Of a stretch of 64,000 nucleotides of DNA, positions 12,675-21,369 are shown piece after piece (the first letter of the stretch is position 1; every line of letters begins with the position of its first letter). Position numbers and translations under genes: made by a program. The notes beneath the pieces are model-generated. The model did not search any database. It saw only the letters and a program-made list of their open reading frames with translations, and was not told where the DNA came from. Source of the stretch: an uncultured Actinomycetes bacterium (GTDB taxonomy: Bacteria; Actinomycetota; Thermoleophilia; UBA2241); contig CAVYCN010000002.1 in the NCBI GenBank assembly GCA_963767005.1, forward strand, positions 544,001-608,000, in the 5' to 3' direction.

Positions 12675-13832
12675 GGACGACCGCGCCCGCGTGATCACGC
12701 AGATGCCCCCGACGATGTCGCCGTCGGGGCCGAGGACGGGCTGGACGTGGAGGTTCACGGACATGGCGTGAATCCCGTCCGGCGCGATACGGGCGCTCTC
12801 GAAGCTGCCCTCGCGGCCCTGCAGCGCGGCCACGAGGGTGTCGGTGAACGGCCGGCCGCGCAGGTCGGCGGCCATGATGCGTTCGCGGGGAGAGCCGACC
12901 ATCGCCACCGCCGCGTCGTTGCACGACGTCAGGCGCAGGTCGGTGTCGAACAGACAGATGCCGACCGGCGCGCGCTCGACGAACGACCGGTACATGCGCT
13001 CGGAGCGGGCCAGGGCTTCTTCGGCGCGGCGCTGCTCGGTGATGTCGCGCACGACCACGACGCAGCCGCTGTCGGGCAGCCCGACGACACGCGCCTCGAA
13101 CCAGGCCGGCCCGTCGGGGGTGGCCACCGAGACCTCGCACGACTCGGCGACGCCCCAGCGGCGCGCCCGGTCCAGCGCCCTCGTGAGCGCCGGCGCGGCG
13201 TCGGCCGGCAGGACGTCGATCAGACGGCGGCCGAGCAGGTCGTCCGAAGTCAGGTGACGGTCGAAGCCCGAGTCGATGTGGAAGTCGACCACGGCGCCCT
13301 CGTGATCGATCCTGAAGTAGAGGTCGGGCAGCGCGTGCAGCACGCCGTGGAGCTCGTCGGCGACGCGCGCGTAGAGCGCTTCGGCCGCCTTCTGCGAGGT
13401 GATGTCGGTGAGCGTCACGATCACCGCCGGCGGCGCCCACGGCGGCAGATCGAGCGTGCGCTGGGCCGACACCAGCAGCCAGACGGGCTCGGCGCCGGCC
13501 GGCCGCATTCCCAGGACGGTGGGCACGATCGAACGGCCGGCGCGCAGGTCGGCGAGCGCGGTCTCGCCCAGACGCTCGGCCGGGCTGCCGTCCTCGAAGA
13601 ACGGTCGTGCCGGCAGCCAGGACAGGTCGACGATGCTGTGCCCGACGATCTCGGCGGGCGGCAGCAGCAGCAGACGCGCGGCCGCCGCGTTGCAGTCGTG
13701 GATCACGCCGTCGCTGTCGCAGACCACGACGCCGCTCGAGACGCAGTCCGCGTACAGGTGGTTGATGTCGTCCCACGTCTCTGGTTCGTGCGCCTCGTCC
13801 GCCATCTCCATCGCGCCGTCCGCTTCGTCCAC
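12666..13832 (-). CDS. Multi-PAS-domain sensor protein with no evident output domain
   Basis: Three PAS/PAC-like units (GVVVCDSDGVIHDCNAAAARLL...DITSQK; LPDLYFRIDHEG...VRDITEQRRAEEAL; APVGICLFDTDLRLTSCN). Confidence 0.8.
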   Translation of the reverse strand: MDEADGAMEMADEAHEPETWDDINHLYADCVSSGVVVCDSDGVIHDCNAAAARLLLLPPAEIVGHSIVDLSWLPARPFFEDGSPAERLGETALADLRAGRSIVPTVLGMRPAGAEPVWLLVSAQRTLDLPPWAPPAVIVTLTDITSQKAAEALYARVADELHGVLHALPDLYFRIDHEGAVVDFHIDSGFDRHLTSDDLLGRRLIDVLPADAAPALTRALDRARRWGVAESCEVSVATPDGPAWFEARVVGLPDSGCVVVVRDITEQRRAEEALARSERMYRSFVERAPVGICLFDTDLRLTSCNDAAVAMVGSPRERIMAADLRGRPFTDTLVAALQGREGSFESARIAPDGIHAMSVNLHVQPVLGPDGDIVGGICVITRARSSAT

Positions 13833-13975
13833 AGGGAGGCCACCCCGCCGCGCCGCACCGCCACCGGTCCAGAGCCACTATACGCTCGCCCGCGACCCGG
13901 ACGGAGAGACGCCGGATACGCCACCCGAGGCGTCGTGCGTACCGGCGCGACGCGCCCATCGACCGGAAAGGGGGG

Positions 13976-14064
13976 TGGTGTCGGAAGGGGGACTTGAACC
14001 CCCATGAGGTAATGCCCTCACTAGGCCCTCAACCTAGCGCGTCTACCAATTCCGCCATTCCGAC
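13976..14064 (-). tRNA. tRNA-Leu (anticodon GAG), CCA encoded
   Basis: Reverse complement GTCGGAATGGCGGAATTGGTAGACGCGCTAGGTTGAGGGCCTAGTGAGGGCATTACCTCATGGGGGTTCAAGTCCCCCTTCCGACACCA shows the acceptor stem, D-loop, GAG anticodon loop, long variable arm and TTCAA T-loop. Confidence 0.97.
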
Positions 14065-14099
14065 ACGCGGCGAACGGGCGCATGACGCCCGGGCGAGAC

Positions 14100-14129
14100 A
14101 GTATAGTCCGCCGCGCCGAGGAGGGTCAA
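14100..14129 (-). promoter_or_regulatory. Sigma70-type promoter of tRNA-Leu
   Basis: Minus strand TTGACC-N18-TATACT, about 35 nt upstream of the tRNA 5' end. Confidence 0.65.
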
Positions 14130-14451
14130 CGCAGGCGCGACGGGTCGTGTGGGTGATGGAGTCTGTCGGCGACGCCAGACGGAACGGACTCTCTCATCCG
14201 GGTGCGCGCCGGACCAGCCGCCGCGCCCCGCGCCGGGTAGCGTCCGGCGAGGACCGCTCGGGTAGCGCCACAGTGCGCCGCCGACAGACGGACTGGCGAC
14301 CGTGACCGACGGACACAGCCGCCGTCCCCGTCACTATAGGACGACCACCGGGACGTGACAACGTGGACGATGACGCCGCCGGCCGCGCCGCGGCAGGTCC
14401 CCGGGGTACACTGCGGGCGTACCGCTCGAGAGGCGACACGCGGAGGCGCGC

Positions 14452-15492
14452 ATGGACAGCCGGGCCGGCCGGATCCTCGTCGGCAACTGCTCGTGGACCG
14501 ATCCCACCCTGATCGCCTCGGGCGGTTTCTACCCGCCGGGCACCACCAGCGCGGCGCGGCGTCTTGCCTACTACGCCACGCAGTTCCCGATCGTCGAGGT
14601 CGACTCGACCTTCTATGCCCCGCCCGACGTCGGCAACGCCACGCGCTGGGCCGAGCGCACGCCGCCCGGCTTCGTCTTCGACGTCAAGGCGTTCGCCCTG
14701 CTGACCGGCCACGGCGCGGCGCCCGAGCGGCTCACGTCCGAGCTCCGGTCCTGCCTGCCGGCCGACGCCGCCGGCAAGCGCAACGTCTACCTGCGCGACC
14801 TGCCGGCCACGGCCGAGACCATCCTCTGGGACGCCCACCGCCTCGCCCTCGCGCCGCTCCAGGCCGCCGGCAAGCTCGGCGCCGTCCTCTTCCAGTTTCC
14901 ACCCTGGTTCAGCGCCAGCCACGAGAGCCGCGAGCACATCCGCAAGGCGGTGCGCGAGCTGCACCCCTACCGCGTCGCGGTCGAGTTTCGCGGCGGCGGC
15001 TGGCTCGCCGACGAGGCCGGCATCGCCCGCACCCTCTCGTTCCTCGAGTCGGCGGGGGCGAGCTACGTGTCGGTCGACGAGCCCCAGGGCTTCCCGAACA
15101 GCTCGCCGCCGCTCGCCGCCGCGACCTCCGACCTGGCCGTGGTCCGTTTTCACGGACGCAACACCGACACGTGGCAGATCCGCGGACGGGCGGCGTCCGA
15201 CCGCTTCAACTACCTCTACCGCGGCGAGGAGCTCGGCGAGTGGGTGCCACAGATCCGCGCCCTCGCCGAACGGGCGGCGACCGTCCACGTGCTGTTCAAC
15301 AACAACTACCGCGACTACGGCGTGCGCAACGCCCGCCAGATGACCGCCCTCCTCGGACTCGACGACGCCTGGCCGGCCGCCGACCCCCCGGGTGGGGGCG
15401 TGAGCGCCGGGCGACGACAGGCTCCCGACGACCGCGGCGACGAGTCGTCTCCGGCGCGGCGCGCGGCGCCGGGGCAGCAGCGGCTGCTGTAG
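14452..15492 (+). CDS. DUF72 (YecE-like) protein
   Basis: ILVGNCSW, LAYYATQFPIVEVDSTFY, FVFDVKA, LFQFPPWF, VEFR, VRFHGRN and FNN motifs. Confidence 0.92.
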   Translation: MDSRAGRILVGNCSWTDPTLIASGGFYPPGTTSAARRLAYYATQFPIVEVDSTFYAPPDVGNATRWAERTPPGFVFDVKAFALLTGHGAAPERLTSELRSCLPADAAGKRNVYLRDLPATAETILWDAHRLALAPLQAAGKLGAVLFQFPPWFSASHESREHIRKAVRELHPYRVAVEFRGGGWLADEAGIARTLSFLESAGASYVSVDEPQGFPNSSPPLAAATSDLAVVRFHGRNTDTWQIRGRAASDRFNYLYRGEELGEWVPQIRALAERAATVHVLFNNNYRDYGVRNARQMTALLGLDDAWPAADPPGGGVSAGRRQAPDDRGDESSPARRAAPGQQRLL

Positions 15493-15559
15493 GCCGGGGG
15501 CCCGCGACCGCCAAAACCGATATCATCGTGCCGCAGGCGAGCGGCGAAAGGATGCGGCG

Positions 15560-16924
15560 ATGCAGGTTCCGGGCTTGGCGCGCGACGAGTGCAGAGCGAT
15601 CGAGCGCGAGGCCGTCGCGCTGCTGGCGGAGCTGCTGCGGACCGACACCACCAACCCACCCGGCAACGAGACGCGCGCGGCGCTCGTCCTGCGCGAGTAC
15701 TTCGCCGGCCACGGCCTCGACGCCGAGCTCATCGGCGAGTTCCCCGACCGGCAGAACCTGATCGTGCGACTGCCCGGGACGCGGCCGGGACCCCGTCTGG
15801 GGCTGCTCGGCCACCTCGACGTGGTGCCGGCCGAGGCCGCCGAGTGGACCGTCCCGCCGTTCTCGGGCGAGGTGCGCGACGGCTACGTCTGGGGCCGCGG
15901 CGCGACCGACATGAAGAACCAAGTGGCGGCCCAGGCGGTCGCCCTCACCCGTCTGGCGCGCGCCGGCACGCCGCTTGCCGGCGAGATCGTGTTCATCGCG
16001 ACCGCCGACGAAGAACGTGGCGAACACTGCGGTGCGCACTGGCTCGTGACCGAGCATCCCGACCTCGTGCACTGCGACTACCTCGTGAACGAGGGCGGCG
16101 GCACCTTCTCGGTCGCCGGCGGCGTGCGCCTCTACCCCCTCACGGTGGGCGAGAAGGCCTTCGCCGACTTTCGCATCACCGTCCGCGGCCGTGGCGGCCA
16201 CGGCTCCGTGCCGCTGCACGACCTCAACCCCGTCGAACTGCTGGGCCGCGTCATCGCCGCCCTCGCCGACCACGAAGCGGCGGTCGCGATCGCGCCGTTC
16301 ACGGCGCGCTACATCGACCGCCTCGTCGCCGACCCCGACCTGCGCGCCGCGCTCACCGACCCGGACCGTGCCCGCGCCGCCGTTCGCCGGCTGCACGAGC
16401 TCGATCCCGAAGCCGCCTATCTCATCGAGCCGCTGCTGGGCGTGACGTTCTCGCCGACCATCGTGCGCGGCGGCGGCGAAGCGGTGAACGTCATCCCGTC
16501 CCACGCGGCCGTCGACATCGACTGCCGCATCCTGCCGGGCCAGACCGGCGACGACGTGCGCCGCGAGGTCGCCGCGGCTCTCGCCGGCATCCCCGGCTGG
16601 GAGTTCGCCTGGACCGACCTGACGAGCGGCAACGAGTCGCCCGTGCCCACGGCGCTCTCCGCCGCCGTCGAGAGTGCCATGGCCGAGCTCGTGCCCGGCT
16701 GCGACGTGGTGCCGCTCCACCTCTGCGGCTTCACCGACTCGCGCTGGTTCCGCGAGGCGTTCCCCGACATCGTGGCGTACGGCTTCTGCCCGTTCGTGGC
16801 CGAGGACGCCGCCACCATGGGCGGGCGCGAGCACGCCCGCGACGAACGCATCGCCGTCTCCGACATCTCGTTCCAGGTGCGCTTCTTCGAGCTGCTCGCG
16901 GACGCCCTGCTCGGGGAGGCGTGA
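15560..16924 (+). CDS. M20/M25/M40 family metallohydrolase (ArgE/DapE-like)
   Basis: TTNPPGNE, GHLDVVPA, WGRGATDMK, ADEE, NEGGG, GHGS and H..DERI motifs. Confidence 0.93.
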   Translation: MQVPGLARDECRAIEREAVALLAELLRTDTTNPPGNETRAALVLREYFAGHGLDAELIGEFPDRQNLIVRLPGTRPGPRLGLLGHLDVVPAEAAEWTVPPFSGEVRDGYVWGRGATDMKNQVAAQAVALTRLARAGTPLAGEIVFIATADEERGEHCGAHWLVTEHPDLVHCDYLVNEGGGTFSVAGGVRLYPLTVGEKAFADFRITVRGRGGHGSVPLHDLNPVELLGRVIAALADHEAAVAIAPFTARYIDRLVADPDLRAALTDPDRARAAVRRLHELDPEAAYLIEPLLGVTFSPTIVRGGGEAVNVIPSHAAVDIDCRILPGQTGDDVRREVAAALAGIPGWEFAWTDLTSGNESPVPTALSAAVESAMAELVPGCDVVPLHLCGFTDSRWFREAFPDIVAYGFCPFVAEDAATMGGREHARDERIAVSDISFQVRFFELLADALLGEA

Positions 16925-17949
16925 CGGCAGCCGATCCGCCGCCGGCCGGACCGGGCGACCCCCAGGGCGCCGCGGCCGAGGTCGCCTGGCAGCCGGCGGC
17001 GCTCGGGCGGCCCGTGCCCCGCGATCGTTTTCGCGGCGCGCTCCTGGGCCTCGCCGTCGGCGACGCCATGGGCGCGCCCGCCGAGTTCCTCACGCCCGCG
17101 CAGGTGCGCGAGCGCTGGGGTGTGCTCGCCGAGATGGTCGGCGGCGGCTGTCACGAGGTGCGTCCCGGCGAGGTCACCGACGCGACCGAGATGATGCTCG
17201 CCCTCGCCCACAGCCTGGTCGGCGTCGGCGGCTTCGACGCCGAGGACGTGCTCTCGCGCTACCGCGCCTGGTTCGCGGCCGGGCCACGCGACGTGAGCCT
17301 GACGACGCGCACCGTGATGCTCATCCTGACGGCCGGCACGCCCTGGGACCGCGCCTCACGACGCGCCTACGAGGTGCTCGGCTTTCCGACCGCCGGCAAC
17401 GGCAGCGTCATGCGCTGCGCCCCGGTCGCGCTGCGCTACGCCTGCGACGGCGACACGCGCCGCCGGGTCTCGCTGCGCGAGTCCATGCTGACGCACTACG
17501 ACCGGCTCGCCGGCTGGTCGTGCGTGGCCCTGAACGAGCTCATCGTGGCGGCGATGGCCGGTGCGCTCGACGAGAGCCTGCCGGCCATCGCCGCCGCGCT
17601 CGACATCGAGGAGGCGCGCGTCTCGATGACGCTGCGCGACGCGGTCGTGGCCGAGCCCGACGAGATCGAGCCGGCCGCCTTCGTGCTCGACTCGCTGCGC
17701 GCCGCCGTCTGGGCCGTGCTCCACACCGACAGCTTCGAGGGCGCCATCCTCGAGATCGTCAATCGCGGCGGCGACTGCGACACGGTGGGCGCCGTAGCGG
17801 GCGCCCTGGCGGGCGCCCGCTACGGCGCCGCGGCCATCCCCGCCCGCTGGCTCGACCCGCTCCGGGTGCGCGACGAGGTCGCTGCGGCCGCCGACGCCCT
17901 GGCCGACCTCGCCGACGCCGACGCGCCGGCCGACCCGGTCTCGGCCTGA
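16921..17949 (+). CDS. ADP-ribosylglycohydrolase (DraG/ARH family)
   Basis: GTG overlaps the M20 gene stop. Motifs GALLGLAVGDAMG.PAEF, TDATEM, AGNGSVMR and GGDCDTVGAVAGALAGA. Confidence 0.92.
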   Translation: MTAADPPPAGPGDPQGAAAEVAWQPAALGRPVPRDRFRGALLGLAVGDAMGAPAEFLTPAQVRERWGVLAEMVGGGCHEVRPGEVTDATEMMLALAHSLVGVGGFDAEDVLSRYRAWFAAGPRDVSLTTRTVMLILTAGTPWDRASRRAYEVLGFPTAGNGSVMRCAPVALRYACDGDTRRRVSLRESMLTHYDRLAGWSCVALNELIVAAMAGALDESLPAIAAALDIEEARVSMTLRDAVVAEPDEIEPAAFVLDSLRAAVWAVLHTDSFEGAILEIVNRGGDCDTVGAVAGALAGARYGAAAIPARWLDPLRVRDEVAAAADALADLADADAPADPVSA

Positions 17950-18201
17950 CCAACACGCGGGCCGGCCCCGCACACCGCCGCACGTCCCGACACGCTCGCC
18001 GGCCTTCGTGTACGACGGTCCAACGCCGGCCGGCTTTTCGCGGCCTTTCTTCGTAGGAGATACTGGCGCCGAGACGCCGCCGCGAGATCCTCGGCGCGAG
18101 CCGGCGCGGCGGTGCCGGCGCAGGGCCGCTGCCGACCAGGCGGCCGGTCACCGGCGAGGCACGCCGACTCGCGGGCGACCGCAGACACCGAAAGGAGCAT
18201 C

Positions 18202-18777
18202 ATGCCGAAGCACGACTCCAAGGACGCCAAAGCGGCGCGCGGCAGCGCGCGCAAGGCCGGCGGCACACGCGACGTGAAGGCCGCGGCGACCACCCGCGGC
18301 ACGCAGGCGGCGACCGGCACGGTCGCCGGCTCGCCGGCGCGCAGGGCCGGTCGCGCCCCGATCACCAGAGGGGCGCTCATCGACCACCTGAACGACGATC
18401 TCGCCAAGGAGTTCCAGGCCCTGATCCAGTACGTGCAGCACGCGGCCGTGATCACCGGGCCGCAGTACGACGCGATCCGCGCCGAGCTCACGATCCACTC
18501 CAACGAGGAGCACACCCACGCGATCTCGCTCGCCGAGCAGATCGACTTCCTCGGCGGCACGCCGGGCGTCGACGTGGCCAGGGTGCAGGTCTCCGAGGTC
18601 GCCAAGGTCATGCTCGAGCAGGATCTCGAGGGCGAGCTCGACGCCATCGGCCGCTACAAGGCGCGCATCGCCCAGGCCGAGCAACTCCAGGAGTACGGGC
18701 TGCGACGCGCCCTCGAGGACATCCTCATGGTCGAGGAGGAGCACGCCCGCGACCTGCAGAACGCCCTCGACCTGTAG
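18202..18777 (+). CDS. Ferritin-like (bacterioferritin/Dps superfamily) protein with basic N-terminal extension
   Basis: AAAGGAG RBS; di-iron ligand pattern LAKEFQALIQY, EEHTHA, DLEGE, EEEHA. Confidence 0.85.
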   Translation: MPKHDSKDAKAARGSARKAGGTRDVKAAATTRGTQAATGTVAGSPARRAGRAPITRGALIDHLNDDLAKEFQALIQYVQHAAVITGPQYDAIRAELTIHSNEEHTHAISLAEQIDFLGGTPGVDVARVQVSEVAKVMLEQDLEGELDAIGRYKARIAQAEQLQEYGLRRALEDILMVEEEHARDLQNALDL

Positions 18778-18783
18778 GCGCGG

Positions 18784-20073
18784 CTAGTCGACGTCGGCCA
18801 GCGCGCCGGCCGGCCCCGGCCGGCGCGCTCCGACCTTGCCGCGCAGCAGCGCGAACAGCACGGCGCCGGTCAGGCCGACCACGAACACGATGCCGAACGT
18901 CGGCCGGCCGCCGAGCGTCTGCATGGCCCAGCCGCCGAAAGCCGGGGCGAGCGACGCGCCGCCGTTCCAGACGATCGTCCAGGCGCCGTTGTAGCGGCCG
19001 CGGATCGCCTCGGGCGCCATGTCGGACACGACGGCTGCGGCGACCGGCCCGAGCAGGACCTCACCCGCGCTCAGGACGCAGACGAGCGCGTAGAGCTCCC
19101 AGCCGCGATGGGCCAGCGCCGTGCCGCCCAGGCCGACGGCGATCAACACGCTCGAGCCGGCGAGCAGCAGCATGCGGTCGACGCCGGCGACGGCGCGCAT
19201 CGCCGGGTAGCTGAGCACGGCGACGACCGCCGCGTTCAGGGCGAGCAGCAGCGCCCAGGTCGTGTTCGACACGTGCAGGAAGCCCGTGATGTAGAGCGAG
19301 AACATGGCGCCGAACATGCCGAAGCAGAAGACCGGCAGCACCGCGACCGCGCAGAACAGCAGGAACTGGCCGTCGCCGAGCACGATCGCCCAGCCCGTAC
19401 GGCCGGCGGCATCGACGTGCCGGGCGGGGTGCCGGGCGCTCTCCGGCCGCGTCTCGCGCAGGGCCACGGCCACGAGCGCGAGGAACGCCAGGCAGCCGAC
19501 GGCGGCGGCCAGGAACAGCTCCCGGAACGAGGCTCCCAGGCCGAGCGCGAGGCCGCCGATCGGCGGCCCGCCGACGACGCCGACGTTGATCGCGGCGCGC
19601 AGCAGGCTGAACGCGTCGGCACGGCGCTCCTCGGGCAGCAGGTCGGCGGTCATGGCATTGGCCGCCGTCTGGAACAGCGGCCAGCCGAACGCGCCCTCCA
19701 TCGCGACCAGGATCGCCACCTGCCAGGCGTTGTGCGCCGCGGCGAAGCCCACGAACCAGACCGCGGCGCTCACCCCGGCCACGAGCATCATGCTCTTGCG
19801 CCCGAAGCGGTCTGTGAGCGTGCCGCCCAGCACCTGGAAGGGCATCACCGCGAGCGTCACGAGGCCGAACACGACGCCGATCATGAGCAGCGAGATGTGC
19901 AGCGTCTGGCGCATGTACAGACCCTCGAACGGAAAGCCGAGGGCGGCGACGCCCGTGTAGACGAACGTGCCCACGACGAGGAGCCAGAACTGGCGCGGAA
20001 ACCCGCGCAGGCCGGTGCGCAGGCTCGCCATGCCCTCGCCGAAGCGTCCCGAAGCCCGAGTCATCTCCCCCAC
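18784..20073 (-). CDS. MFS transporter
   Basis: About 12 hydrophobic segments; motif A GGTLTDRFGRK; APEAIRGRY. Confidence 0.92.
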   Translation of the reverse strand: MGEMTRASGRFGEGMASLRTGLRGFPRQFWLLVVGTFVYTGVAALGFPFEGLYMRQTLHISLLMIGVVFGLVTLAVMPFQVLGGTLTDRFGRKSMMLVAGVSAAVWFVGFAAAHNAWQVAILVAMEGAFGWPLFQTAANAMTADLLPEERRADAFSLLRAAINVGVVGGPPIGGLALGLGASFRELFLAAAVGCLAFLALVAVALRETRPESARHPARHVDAAGRTGWAIVLGDGQFLLFCAVAVLPVFCFGMFGAMFSLYITGFLHVSNTTWALLLALNAAVVAVLSYPAMRAVAGVDRMLLLAGSSVLIAVGLGGTALAHRGWELYALVCVLSAGEVLLGPVAAAVVSDMAPEAIRGRYNGAWTIVWNGGASLAPAFGGWAMQTLGGRPTFGIVFVVGLTGAVLFALLRGKVGARRPGPAGALADVD

Positions 20074-20203
20074 TTCTGCCGCGGCGACGGTCGCCCGTGC
20101 GGCCGCCGCCCGGCCCCATGGTATCGGACGCGAGGGGGGCCGGGCGAGCGTGAGCGGTCCGCCCCGTGTTGACCGTGCCGCCGTATTTGGCTAGCTTCCA
20201 CTC

Positions 20204-21298
20204 ATGTACTTGAGCGTGCAGCTCGCGGCGCGCCGGCTCGGCGTCTCACCCCATACCATCCGTCGCTGGACGGCGTCGGGCTTCCTGCCGTGCACCCGGA
20301 CGGCCGGCGGCCACCGTCGCATCCGGCGCGAGGACGTCGACGAGCTCGCCGGCCTCATCCACGACGGCGACCACCTGAGCGCCCGCATCGCCCGGGAGCG
20401 CGAGCTCGAGACGCTGGTCGAGACCTCGATCGCCCTCACCAGTCGCCTCGACCTGCCTGAGCTGCTCGTCGAGATCGCGCGCCGCATGACCGCCCTGCTC
20501 GACTGCCACTTCTGTGCCATCTCCGACTACGACGAGCGCTCCGACACCGTACGCGTGCTGGCCGACTTCGACCGTCACGGGCGGCGCGTGGCCGACTGGC
20601 AGCCCTACACCCTCAAGGACTTCCCTTTCACCAAGCGCCTCATGGCCGAGCAGGAGCTGGGCGTCATCAACGTGAGCGACCCGCGCGCCGACCCCGCCGA
20701 GACCGCCATCATGCGCCACTGGGACGACAAGGCGCTGCTCCTCGTCCCCCTTGTCTACCACGAGCATCCCGTGGGCCTGCTCGAGGTCCTGGACGGGCTG
20801 CGGGAACGCCGCTTCACCCGCCAGGAGCTGCGCCTCGCCCGGGCGCTCGCCGGCCTCGCCGCGGTCGCCCTGCAGAACGCCAAGGCCTTCGGCCGGCTCG
20901 CCCACGGCGAAGGCGAAGGGCGCGACCTGCAGACGGCGCTCGAGCGGACGGTCGCCGGCCTGCCGGCGCTCGCGGCCGCGAGCTCGGTCGACGACGCGCT
21001 GGCGGGAGCGGCGACGCTCGCCGCCACGGCGCTGCCGGCCGTCGCCGCCGTCGCCCGCCGCGGCGAGCTGACCGCCCAGGCCGGCGCCGGCCTCTCGGAC
21101 GGCCCCGCCGTGCCGGCGGAAGCGGCGGGCGCGCGGCCCGACCCCCGCGTGAGCACGGCCGTGGCCTCCACGCGTGGCGGCGACCTCGTCCTGACGGTCG
21201 CCCTCGACAGGCTGCCGACCGATGGTCACGCCGCCCTGGTGCGTCTCATCGCCCTGAGCGCGGCGCAGGCGGTCGACGCCGCCGCGGCGACCGCCTGA
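20204..21298 (+). CDS. BldC/excisionase-like HTH DNA-binding domain fused to a GAF domain
   Basis: N-terminus LSVQLAARRLGVSPHTIRRW...RTAGGHRRIRREDV, followed by a GAF domain (ALLLVPLVYHEHPVGLLEV...FTRQELRLARALAGLAAVALQNA). Confidence 0.8.
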   Translation: MYLSVQLAARRLGVSPHTIRRWTASGFLPCTRTAGGHRRIRREDVDELAGLIHDGDHLSARIARERELETLVETSIALTSRLDLPELLVEIARRMTALLDCHFCAISDYDERSDTVRVLADFDRHGRRVADWQPYTLKDFPFTKRLMAEQELGVINVSDPRADPAETAIMRHWDDKALLLVPLVYHEHPVGLLEVLDGLRERRFTRQELRLARALAGLAAVALQNAKAFGRLAHGEGEGRDLQTALERTVAGLPALAAASSVDDALAGAATLAATALPAVAAVARRGELTAQAGAGLSDGPAVPAEAAGARPDPRVSTAVASTRGGDLVLTVALDRLPTDGHAALVRLIALSAAQAVDAAAATA

Positions 21299-21369
21299 CA
21301 CGCGGAGGCGGCGAAGGTCCACCCCTCCGGGCCGATCGCGGCCCGACACCCTGTGCTACGCTCGGCCCG

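Noticed and set aside
13976-14064. tRNA-Leu as the integration site of an island or prophage
   Set aside because: I saw no duplicated tRNA 3' end and no integrase or phage genes in the window.
20204-20400. Excisionase indicating a mobile element
   Set aside because: The HTH is fused to a GAF domain and no integrase or att sites are nearby, so it is better read as a regulator.
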